64,000 nucleotides of DNA from the NCBI GenBank assembly GCA_965222115.1, contig CBDCTJ010000007.1:2752001-2816000 (forward strand), read 5' to 3'. The notes beneath the pieces are model-generated. The model saw only the letters and a list, made by a program, of their open reading frames with translations, ran no database searches and was not told where the DNA came from. The translations under genes and the position numbers were made by a program. The DNA comes from Planctomycetota bacterium. GTDB taxonomy: Bacteria > Planctomycetota > PLA2 > JAEUHO01. Positions 1 to 8,145 of this stretch are shown piece after piece. Every line of letters begins with the position of its first letter. The first letter of the stretch is position 1.

Positions 1-69
1 CTGATTGCCGCGACGACGAACGAGGAGATTGCCTTCATAGCGAGTCGAATCGAGCGTGAACGTGCGTGA
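1..69 (+). CDS. 3' end of an unidentified CDS (partial, runs off window)
   Basis: Frame 1 is open from base 1 (LIAATTNEEIAFIASRIERERA) to TGA at 67-69; too short to identify. Confidence 0.4.
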   Translation: MIAATTNEEIAFIASRIERERA

Positions 70-72
70 CGT

Positions 73-545
73 ATTGAGTCGCAAAATGTCGGTGGCGTGC
101 TCTTGACCGCGAAACGTGATGCCGCGCCGAGACGCGCTGACAGTGGTTCGAAACGAGGTGCGGCCCTTGGTGATACTGCGATTGCTCCGATCCTTCAGTT
201 CCCATGATTGCGCGCCCACGACAAGTGCAGACTTTGCGCGTACGCTGCCAAGCCGAACACGAATGACCGGAGCTCGTGTGCCTGCAAGTAGCGGCGGGGG
301 ATAGCGATCACCACATGCACTAAGCAGCAGGAGCAGTGCCGCACCCAGCAGCGTACCGAGGCCACGCCTCGACACGTGCCCACTCAACCGTGCCTTCACA
401 TGGGTTGCTTTCGGACTATCCGAGCGCATGGCGTTCCCTCATCCGAGCCTTGCACACGACCTCTATGGGCTTTCGTAGATTCGTGGGCTCTCGTAGATAG
501 GTCGGATACGGCACGGCATATATTCTGCAAAACCATCGACTCAAT
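73..545 (+). ncRNA. Candidate large structured non-coding element (unassigned)
   Basis: Nested complementary segments: 73-81/537-545, 87-99/363-374, 157-164/338-345, 168-174/307-313, 209-215/236-242, 243-248/288-293, 257-262/274-279, 388-394/510-516, 411-415/419-423. Non-canonical pairs are G-T on the + strand. Confidence 0.4.
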
Positions 546-567
546 TGAGAGGAGAAGCCTTCGGGTC

Positions 568-1668
568 TCATGCCGGCTCGACCTGCGTGAAGGGAAAGAG
601 GTCCGGATCACTTGAACCGGTGCCACCCGAACGGGGTCTTGGGGCGTCGGGAAACAACTCCATGCCCGCGGCGGAGAGCGCGCGTCCTCGGGGTGTCTTA
701 ACAATCAGCCCTTGGCGAAGTAGATGGGGTTCGTAGACCTCTTCGAGCGTGCGTTCGTCTTCACCCACGGTGGCGGCCAACGTCTTGAGGCCCACGGGCA
801 CACCGCCAGCACGTGCAAGGGCTTCCAAGAATAGGCGATCTACACGATTGAGGCCACGGTCGTCTACGCCCATGCGCGCCAAGCCGGCACGTGCGACTTC
901 GACCGAAATATGATTGTTCGACTCGATTTGTGCCAAATCGCGAACACGGCGAACGAAGCGATTTACGACTCGGGGCGTGCCGCGCGCACGACCCGCTAGG
1001 TACGCGGCGGCCTCCGAATCGAGGCCAACGTTGAGAATGGTGGCGGTGCGCTTAGCAATTTTGCTAAGTACGTCGGGCGCGTACGGTTCCAGTCGCTCAT
1101 GAATCGGAAAGCGCGCACGCAAGGGCGCCGACAGCAGGCCTTCGCGTGTGGTGGCGCCAACCAATGTAAACTTGGGCAAGTCGATGCGAACACTGCGCGC
1201 ACTGGGGCCTTGGTCAATCATGATGTCGATGAAATAATCTTCCATCGCGGAGTAGAGGTATTCCTCGACGGCTGCCGGTAGTCGATGAATCTCATCGATG
1301 AACAGAATGTCACCCTCTTCGAGACGCGTGAGCAGTCCTGCGAGGTCGGCGGCGCGTTGGAGCACGGGCGCGGATGCCTCGCGCAGGCGTGTTCCGCGTT
1401 CGTGGGCCACGAGATGCGCAAGCGTTGTTTTCCCCAAACCCGGGAGACCGGATAGCAACAGGTGATCCAATACATCACCGCGTTCGGCGGCGGCGCGGAG
1501 TGCCAATGCGAGATTGTCGGCGACTACACGCTGACCAAGAAATTCGTCCAAACTGCGGGGGCGAAGATGTTGCTCCAGCGCTCGTTCTGCTGCACCCACA
1601 CTGGTGGCGCCCGTGACATTCGCCTCGGTATCGGCGGCATCTTGCTCGGATCGCGGCTGCTTGGACAT
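568..1668 (-). CDS. ruvB: Holliday junction branch migration helicase RuvB
   Basis: LRPRSLDEFLGQ, Walker A GLPGLGKTT, Walker B LFIDEIHRL, FTLVGATTR, RGTPR, EEVYEPHL, KTPRGR. Confidence 0.97.
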   Translation of the reverse strand: MSKQPRSEQDAADTEANVTGATSVGAAERALEQHLRPRSLDEFLGQRVVADNLALALRAAAERGDVLDHLLLSGLPGLGKTTLAHLVAHERGTRLREASAPVLQRAADLAGLLTRLEEGDILFIDEIHRLPAAVEEYLYSAMEDYFIDIMIDQGPSARSVRIDLPKFTLVGATTREGLLSAPLRARFPIHERLEPYAPDVLSKIAKRTATILNVGLDSEAAAYLAGRARGTPRVVNRFVRRVRDLAQIESNNHISVEVARAGLARMGVDDRGLNRVDRLFLEALARAGGVPVGLKTLAATVGEDERTLEEVYEPHLLRQGLIVKTPRGRALSAAGMELFPDAPRPRSGGTGSSDPDLFPFTQVEPA

Positions 1669-1721
1669 CGGTTCCTCAGATAGCTTGAATGGCTTAGATC
1701 GTGGGCGCGCCCCGATCCGGG

Positions 1722-1780
1722 TTTTAGAGGGCTGGCTTTCGAGGGATTGGATTTCCAGGGATTGAATTTCGAGAGCGGGA
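1722..1780. repeat. Degenerate 15-bp tandem repeat (about 4 units) in the divergent ruvB/menG intergenic region
   Basis: ttttagagggctggc / tttcgagggattgga / tttccagggattgaa / tttcgagagcggga. Confidence 0.55.
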
Positions 1781-1967
1781 AAGGCACCTTCCCCCGGTAG
1801 GGCGACAGGATGGGCTCATGCTAGCACGGCCCTCTAAAGGGCCCCAAGGGGTTGGGGATTTATTGAGGATTGCCCCCAAGACATGGGCGTGTGCCTCCGT
1901 GGGGCCATGCATACGCTGCACCCGGTTCCATTGCGCCGTGCGGTGGGGGTGTTCGTAGCATCCCGCC

Positions 1968-2684
1968 ATGACAACGGCCCGGCGATTTGATGACGAGCAC
2001 GCCCGCAAGCGAGGGCGTCGCATCTCAAGGATGTTTGATCGCATTGCGCCCACCTACGACCTCCTCAATCACCTGCTGAGTCTCAATATCGACACGCGGT
2101 GGCGCAAGCAGGCCGTCAAGATGTTGAATCTCACCGGCAGCGAGCGCGTGCTCGACGCGTGTTGTGGTACCGGTGACTTGGCCGTTGCGCTTATGCAGGG
2201 TGGCGCGGGAACCGTTGCGGGTACCGATTTCAGTCCGGAGATGATTCGTCTGGCCAATGAGAAGGCTGGAGAGACGATTTCATTTCAAGTGGCCGACACC
2301 CTCGAACTACCGTTTGACGATCAGACCTTTGACGTGGCAACCGTTGGATTCGGCGCGCGCAATCTCGAAGATCTTGACGCTGGCTTTCGCTCGCTCCACC
2401 GCGTACTCAAACCGGGTGGTCGCATGTTGATTCTTGAGTTCAATCGACCCAAGAACCCCATTGTACGCACCGTCTACGGACTTTATTTCATGTTGGTGTT
2501 GCCCATGATTGGCAACATCGTCAGCGGCGGCGCCGACAACGCCTATGCCTACTTACCGCGTAGCGTGATGGCGTTCCCGAGCCCGGAGGTGTTGGCGGAG
2601 CGCATGAAAGCAGCTGGGTTTTCATCGGTAAACATTAAGCCGTTGACGTTTGGAATTGCGTATGTGCATCTTGCGATCCGCTAG
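1968..2684 (+). CDS. menG: Demethylmenaquinone/ubiquinone methyltransferase (UbiE/MenG)
   Basis: MFDRIAPTYDLLNHLLS, SAM motif VLDACCGTGD, LPFDDQTFD, GFGARN, RVLKPGG, AYAYLPRS. Confidence 0.93.
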   Translation: MTTARRFDDEHARKRGRRISRMFDRIAPTYDLLNHLLSLNIDTRWRKQAVKMLNLTGSERVLDACCGTGDLAVALMQGGAGTVAGTDFSPEMIRLANEKAGETISFQVADTLELPFDDQTFDVATVGFGARNLEDLDAGFRSLHRVLKPGGRMLILEFNRPKNPIVRTVYGLYFMLVLPMIGNIVSGGADNAYAYLPRSVMAFPSPEVLAERMKAAGFSSVNIKPLTFGIAYVHLAIR

Positions 2685-2700
2685 GATCTCTCAAGCGTAA

Positions 2701-2860
2701 TCCATCCCTCGACATCTTCTCCCCAATCTGAATTTTAATCCCTTTCCTGACTCTGTTTCCGTATTCCGTTCTCTACTCCCGTCACCGTTACCCGAAACCC
2801 GTCACCCGCGACCCGATACCCGGACTCAAGTGTGGGCGCTCGATGATCGATTCGCGCCGG
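2701..2860 (+). repeat. Composite dispersed repeat: pyrimidine-rich block + ACCCGNN heptamer array ending ACCCGGACTCAAG + about 30-nt tail
   Basis: Heptamers acccgaa acccgtc acccgcg acccgat acccgga at 2790-2824, then ctcaag. Related copies at 3446, 61518 (reverse) and 62907. The pyrimidine block matches 26162-26216. Confidence 0.8.
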
Positions 2861-3050
2861 GACGTCGGCTTCAAGTAGCGCAATAACCGCACGCGTTCGA
2901 CGTCGATAAAACACCGAACTGATTTGCTGCGTGACGTGAATGCTCACTGGGCAACACCCTTTGGGAAGTGCTACGTGCATGCCCCATTCGCCACGAGGGC
3001 GAGGGCACGCACTCGCACTCCCACGGGTGTTTCCTCGTGGAGTTTCTCGT

Positions 3051-3437
3051 ATGTCACACAGCAAACAGTTCTCGGTTACTTCCACGGCGGCTCGGCTTGA
3101 TCGATTCGATGTGTATCGAATCGCACGGCGTGCCGCGGCCAGCGTTCACAGACTTTGTGGATCGTTGCCGCGAGGCAACGCCGAGCTTGCAAGCCAAGCT
3201 CGACGAGCCTCGACCGCCGTCGTCCTAAACATCGCAGAAGGCATCGGGCGCGCTGGCGCAGGCGCCAAGCACCGTTCGTTCTCGATCGCTCGCGGTGAGT
3301 GCGTCGAGGCCGCGGCGGCTCTCGACCTCATGGATGCGATGGGCATTCTCGCGGGCGTCCACGCCGCACCAAGGCTTCGCGATCTGGACCGCGTTCGCGC
3401 GATGTTGAATGCTCTGATTCGCCGCTGGAGGGAGTGA
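3051..3437 (+). CDS. Four-helix-bundle protein (23S rRNA IVS-protein/Avd-like family)
   Basis: FDVYRIAR, LASQARRASTAVVLNIAEGIGR, FSIARGECVEAAAALDL, RVRAMLNAL; GGAG 8 nt upstream of ATG 3051. Confidence 0.88.
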   Translation: MSHSKQFSVTSTAARLDRFDVYRIARRAAASVHRLCGSLPRGNAELASQARRASTAVVLNIAEGIGRAGAGAKHRSFSIARGECVEAAAALDLMDAMGILAGVHAAPRLRDLDRVRAMLNALIRRWRE

Positions 3438-3445
3438 GGGGGATT

Positions 3446-3566
3446 CCCCGCCACCCGTCACCCGTTCCCCGAATCCCGTCACCCGGACTCAAGTTTGGGA
3501 CTCCGAAGGCGACTCACGCCAGTTCGTGGACGTGGACGTGGACGTGGACGTGGACGTTGACGTGAA
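3446..3566 (+). repeat. Heptamer array + CTCAAG followed by a (CGTGGA)n hexamer array
   Basis: Six NCCCGNN units at 3446-3487, ctcaag at 3488-3493, then 5 perfect + 2 variant CGTGGA units at 3525-3566. Confidence 0.85.
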
Positions 3567-3601
3567 AATCGCATCCCTCTGCGAGAGACGCAACCCTTCC
3601 G

Positions 3602-5398
3602 CTACCTCCGATGAAAGTGCTTCTCCAACTCGAATCGGCTGAGCGTCAAACGGGTGGGGCGGCCATGCGGACACGTGTGGCTGTGGTTCAATTGCTCGGC
3701 TTGTTCCAGGAGGGCAAGCACTTCATCGTGTGCCAATACATCGCCTGCCATTACTGCGGAGCGGCAGGCCAAGCGATCCACCGCTTCGCTAACGAATGCC
3801 GTTCGGTCCAGTTCGGCTGTGCCCGATTCGGGTAACAGGTCCAAGATCTCGCGCAGTGCCTCTTCTGGTTTTGGGGCTTTCAAAATGGCCGGTACCGCTT
3901 GGACGGCAATCGTGCCTTCGCCAAAAGGCTCCAGTAGCCACCCCAATCGTGCAAGTTCTTCTGTTGCTTCCAATAGACGGGCGCGTCGCGCGCTGCTTAG
4001 CTCCACCAGCATGGGTACAAGCAGTTGTTGGACTTCAAGTTTGCCTTCGGTTCCGAGCCGTCGGTTGATCTGATCAAAGAGCACGCGTTCATGAAGCGCG
4101 TGTTGATCGACCAATACGATGGAGTCTTTCGCTTCTAGTACAAGATAGGTGCCGAGTGCTTGTCCCAAGGGACGCAAAGGCGGTGGTTGAACGAGTGCTA
4201 CGGGTTCATCGGAAAGCGTAAATTCCGTTGCCGCGGTATGGGACGGCGAGTCGTGGTAGTGCGTGCGTTCGGCAACGGTGCTCGTTGGGCGAGCGGTGAG
4301 CGGGCGAACCGCGTGTCGCTGAGCGTGTTGTGTGTTTGCATACGGGCGGCTCGTGCTATCGGGAAATGCGCCGCCCGGCGCGCCCGTTTTGATGGGTACA
4401 CCTTCGGGTGCATCCTCAAGTACACGTCGAATCGAACGACGCACGAGGCGATGTACGCGATCACTCTCCTGCCAGCGAACTTCCGACTTGGCCGGATGCA
4501 CATTGACATCCACACCATCGGGGTCACAGGCAAGAAAGAGAAACGCAATGGGTCGCTGACCGCCGGGTGGCAAGAGATCGCGATAGGCCTGTCGAAGCGC
4601 GTGGGCCGTTGTTCGATCCGATATGTGACGCCCATTGAGGAACACCAGCTCCCAGCGACTATCACGGCGTGTTTTTGACGGGGGACCGACCCAACCCTCC
4701 AGCGTGAGGTCGTCGTCTACCGCCTCTACCTGGAGCAACGCGTCTGCCGTCTCCCGTCCGTAGAGCCGCTCGATGCGTTTGCGACGATCCTGTTCCGGCG
4801 GAACGTCAAGTATGACTCGCGTGCCCTGTTCCAAGCGAAAGCCGATTTCAGGATAAGCAAGCGCGAAGCGACCCATGGCGTCGCGAATGTGTCCAAGCTC
4901 CGTTGCGGCGGTGCGCATGAACTTGCGCCGTGCCGGAACACTTCGAAATAGATGTTCGACGCGTACCGTCGTGCCGGGCGGCCCTGCGGCCGGTTTCGGT
5001 GTCTCGATCGAACCACGATCATTCACGAGTCGCATAGCACCGCTATCGCTCGTTCGTCGCGTCGTGATGACGACACGGGCCACGCTTCCAATGCTCGCGA
5101 GTGCCTCGCCGCGAAATCCCATGGACGCAATGTGTCGCAAGTCTTCCACATCGGCGATCTTGCTCGTGGCGTGCGGAGTAAACGCGAGCGCCAAGTCGTC
5201 CGGTGACATACCGCCGCCATTGTCACGCACCTCAATCAGCGTGCGCCCGCCATCATCGGTCACGACGGTAATGGTTGTTGCGTCAGCATCGATGGCGTTC
5301 TCGACGAGTTCTTTGACGACACTTGACGGTCGTTCCACCACCTCCCCGGCCGCGATTTGATTCACTACATGCGGATTGAGTACGCGAATGCGTGCCAT
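3602..5398 (-). CDS. mutL: DNA mismatch repair protein MutL
   Basis: NQIAAGEVVERPSSVVKELVENAIDA, GFRGEALASI, VDVNVHPAK, endonuclease motif DQHALHER, ACR, CPHGRP. Confidence 0.97.
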   Translation of the reverse strand: MARIRVLNPHVVNQIAAGEVVERPSSVVKELVENAIDADATTITVVTDDGGRTLIEVRDNGGGMSPDDLALAFTPHATSKIADVEDLRHIASMGFRGEALASIGSVARVVITTRRTSDSGAMRLVNDRGSIETPKPAAGPPGTTVRVEHLFRSVPARRKFMRTAATELGHIRDAMGRFALAYPEIGFRLEQGTRVILDVPPEQDRRKRIERLYGRETADALLQVEAVDDDLTLEGWVGPPSKTRRDSRWELVFLNGRHISDRTTAHALRQAYRDLLPPGGQRPIAFLFLACDPDGVDVNVHPAKSEVRWQESDRVHRLVRRSIRRVLEDAPEGVPIKTGAPGGAFPDSTSRPYANTQHAQRHAVRPLTARPTSTVAERTHYHDSPSHTAATEFTLSDEPVALVQPPPLRPLGQALGTYLVLEAKDSIVLVDQHALHERVLFDQINRRLGTEGKLEVQQLLVPMLVELSSARRARLLEATEELARLGWLLEPFGEGTIAVQAVPAILKAPKPEEALREILDLLPESGTAELDRTAFVSEAVDRLACRSAVMAGDVLAHDEVLALLEQAEQLNHSHTCPHGRPTRLTLSRFELEKHFHRR

Positions 5399-5400
5399 AC

Positions 5401-6591
5401 CTAGCTGCTCACTTTCGTTGGTTGCACCCAGCCGCCGGCGACAGAGGTCGCCAGTCGTTCGAGCGCAATCTGTGCTGGGACGCGTCCCGATTTCACACCG
5501 CGATCTGCCTCAAAAAAGGCGCTGTGGCATGCCCGCCACTGCGCGGCGGAGCGTTTACGAACGCGGGCGAGGAAGGGGCCGACCAAGAATGGCGCTACGC
5601 CGGCACGCTTCGCGACCTCTGCATCGTCTGCGCCCGACGCCAGCAACTCTGCGGCGAGCGCGTGCTGTCGATAGTTGCGATATAGCGTCGCCAAGACGAG
5701 GGGGAACATGGACTCATGCCGCCGTTCTACGCGACCGTCTTGTGCGGTGAGCCCATTGGTGGCGAGCATCTCGATGTGGCGACGGGTTTCGTTTCTGTCG
5801 CCACCGAGTATGGCCTCGAGGAAGGGCCACACCGCGTCACTTCGTCTGTCGCTAAAGGCCGTGAGCACCTGTTCACTTGTAATGGTCTGTCCCGCCGATG
5901 CCGCAGAGAGGGACGCCAGGGCATCGTCCAACTCACTCAGCGCGGTACCCACCCGTGAAACCAATGTGTGGGCTGCCTGCAGATTCATGCGCCCGCCATG
6001 GTTACGTTTCATGCGGAGCGACAAAAAGCGTGTGAGTTCGGTGTCGTGCGGCGCGGCATGTCGCTCCCAGGGCGCGGGTGCAGCATAAAGCGCGCGACAG
6101 TCCACCAACACAACACCGGCATCGATCAGTTTCTTTGCCGAAACACTCCCGCGTCCTTTGACGGGCTTGCTCGTACACAACACAAGCAACCGGTGCTCTA
6201 CCGGACACGCTGCCGCCTCAAGGGCGAGCTTAGTAAACGGTGCGAGCTTTCCCGGTCGTCCTGACGGCATCAGTTCGGCGCGATCCACGATGACGATCTG
6301 CTGATCGGCGAATAGTGAGGCGCCTCGCATGGATTCGGCGGACGCAAGCACGGCATCCTTGTCCTCGGAACGCCCAGCGTCGAGTCGCGAAATGACCCCG
6401 CCCGGATCGCCGCCCGGAAGAACTGTGGCAAGGAGTGTCTGGAGCGCCTCACGCTGAAACCAAGGCTCACTTCCCGCGAAAACGACGCACGAAGGCACGG
6501 TGTCCTTTTTCGCTAGGGCGTCGAGCCGGTCCGCGAATACGGAGGCGGGAATCGCGGCGGGACCTCGGGATGGGGATCGACGGCGGGGCAC
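5401..6591 (-). CDS. holA: DNA polymerase III delta subunit (HolA-like), divergent
   Basis: VFAGSEPWFQ, SLFADQQIVIV, central clamp-loader-like helices, C-terminal ADRGVKSG..ALERL. Confidence 0.7.
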   Translation of the reverse strand: MPRRRSPSRGPAAIPASVFADRLDALAKKDTVPSCVVFAGSEPWFQREALQTLLATVLPGGDPGGVISRLDAGRSEDKDAVLASAESMRGASLFADQQIVIVDRAELMPSGRPGKLAPFTKLALEAAACPVEHRLLVLCTSKPVKGRGSVSAKKLIDAGVVLVDCRALYAAPAPWERHAAPHDTELTRFLSLRMKRNHGGRMNLQAAHTLVSRVGTALSELDDALASLSAASAGQTITSEQVLTAFSDRRSDAVWPFLEAILGGDRNETRRHIEMLATNGLTAQDGRVERRHESMFPLVLATLYRNYRQHALAAELLASGADDAEVAKRAGVAPFLVGPFLARVRKRSAAQWRACHSAFFEADRGVKSGRVPAQIALERLATSVAGGWVQPTKVSS

Positions 6592-6644
6592 GCCCCCAGT
6601 ATCGCGGCGCCGTCGGACCCTCCAGCGCCCGATTCGGGGGGCCG

Positions 6645-7421
6645 ATGTACCGGAATATGCCGAGGACCGGTCCGCCCCCAGAGAGCCTCTTTGAGTACGA
6701 CTACGTGTCGCGTACCCGGAACCTGCCCGTCAACCTCATGGTGCTGGTGCCCTGGATCGTGTTCTACGAGTTTTCACTGATTGGTACGCGCAGCCCGGTC
6801 GAGAACGCCGCCGCGTCGTGGATTCGCTCGTTGGTCGCCGCGATGGGCCACCGCTACTTCGTGCTCACATCCCTTTTGACGGCGCTCGTACTCATGCTCG
6901 TGGTGTTGCTTCGACACCGAGAAGCCACGCGCGACCCCGGCATTTTCGCTGGCATGTATATCGAGTCCGCGTGTTACGCCGCCCTGTTGGGCGTGGTCTC
7001 TAGCGTGCTGGCCAGTGCACTTCCCATGGGCCGCCTCGTACCGTTATCCGGTACGGCGGGGTTTTATGAACCGCTGCACGGCATGAAGTTGGGCTTGCGC
7101 GATTTGGGCTTGGCCGTGGGCGCGGGCGTGTTTGAGGAACTCGTCTTTCGCGGACTGTGTGTGGTTGCCCTGGTGTGGATCTTGCGCCACGCCTTCGGAC
7201 TCGATCGCATTAGCAGTTCGTTCCTCGCCATCTTGGCAGCTGCCTATCTGTTTAGCGACTATCACCACTGGGGTCGCTTTGGGGAGCCCTACACTCAAGG
7301 CGTCTTTGCGTTCCGCTTCTATGCCGGCGTCTTGCTCGGCGTGATCTTCCTTACGCGTGGATTGGGCATTGCCGCGTTGACTCACGCATTCTACGACATG
7401 GTGTTGATTCTACGCGCGTGA
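6645..7421 (+). CDS. CPBP family (CAAX-protease-like) intramembrane metalloprotease
   Basis: Multiple TM helices, AGVFEELVFRG (EExxxR), FSDYHH (FxxxH), HAFYD; start codon uncertain (6645 or 6657). Confidence 0.8.
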   Translation: MYRNMPRTGPPPESLFEYDYVSRTRNLPVNLMVLVPWIVFYEFSLIGTRSPVENAAASWIRSLVAAMGHRYFVLTSLLTALVLMLVVLLRHREATRDPGIFAGMYIESACYAALLGVVSSVLASALPMGRLVPLSGTAGFYEPLHGMKLGLRDLGLAVGAGVFEELVFRGLCVVALVWILRHAFGLDRISSSFLAILAAAYLFSDYHHWGRFGEPYTQGVFAFRFYAGVLLGVIFLTRGLGIAALTHAFYDMVLILRA

Positions 7422-7460
7422 CACGTGCGGCGTGCCGGCAGACAGGGAATACGCAATGGC

Positions 7461-8042
7461 TTACTCCGAGCCGGCGTCGACTCTGACCCATCGCTTCATG
7501 GCGATGGCATTGGCCGTGTCGCGCTGAATGGCGAATGGTGGCAAGCGATTGGCCAATAATGCCCCCTCGTCAACAACGCCCTCGTGAACAAAGAACGTGC
7601 CGTGCTGGTCCACGTAATAGGTGCGGTAGCCACTATTCGACGGGCGGAGCGGTCTCGCGACCAACGCGACATACGTCGTAGCCAGTTCGTCGCTGGGTAC
7701 GTCCTTCCCGAATGGGGTAATCGCGATGGCTCCTTTGGATGCCGCGCGGTAGGGAAGCAGAACATCAATGCGGTAGACATCATCGACCAAGATCGCCTGC
7801 TCGTCGTTTAGTACGAAACCCTCCAGCAGGTTCTCTTTCACTAGCTCACTTGCCCACGCATACGTGTTGTGTCGCTCGTGATAGCGGCGCTCCGCGTCCA
7901 ACACCACACGCAGCACCTTTTGTGCCGCATCCTCCTGCGTCACAATCTTGGACGCCGCTACAAGCTCGCGATTCAACCACCCGTACGTCGCCGCAATGGC
8001 AAGGGCGATGACCAAAAGGGGTAGGCCGATGCGACTCTTCAT
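7461..8042 (-). CDS. Membrane-anchored protein with a pilin-globular/DUF2950-like domain
   Basis: N-terminal TM (IGLPLLVIALAIAATYGWL), AAQKVLRVVLDAERRY, ARPLRPSNSGYRTYYVDQHG. Confidence 0.5.
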   Translation of the reverse strand: MKSRIGLPLLVIALAIAATYGWLNRELVAASKIVTQEDAAQKVLRVVLDAERRYHERHNTYAWASELVKENLLEGFVLNDEQAILVDDVYRIDVLLPYRAASKGAIAITPFGKDVPSDELATTYVALVARPLRPSNSGYRTYYVDQHGTFFVHEGVVDEGALLANRLPPFAIQRDTANAIAMKRWVRVDAGSE

Positions 8043-8145
8043 GGGTGGGCAGCGTACCAGCGGGCGGTGAACCGAAGTGCATGGGGGTTGGCGGCCATCC
8101 TGGTATGGTGCCCGTCGGACCCTAATTTCTGATGAGGAGTCGTTC

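Noticed and set aside
405-425. Group I intron R/S-like words (gactatc / gatagtcc), also at 63228
   Set aside because: Only short matches inside local hairpins; no P/Q elements and no interrupted host gene
3051-3437. Diversity-generating retroelement (Avd-like gene)
   Set aside because: No reverse transcriptase, and no TR/VR pair differing at adenines seen in the window
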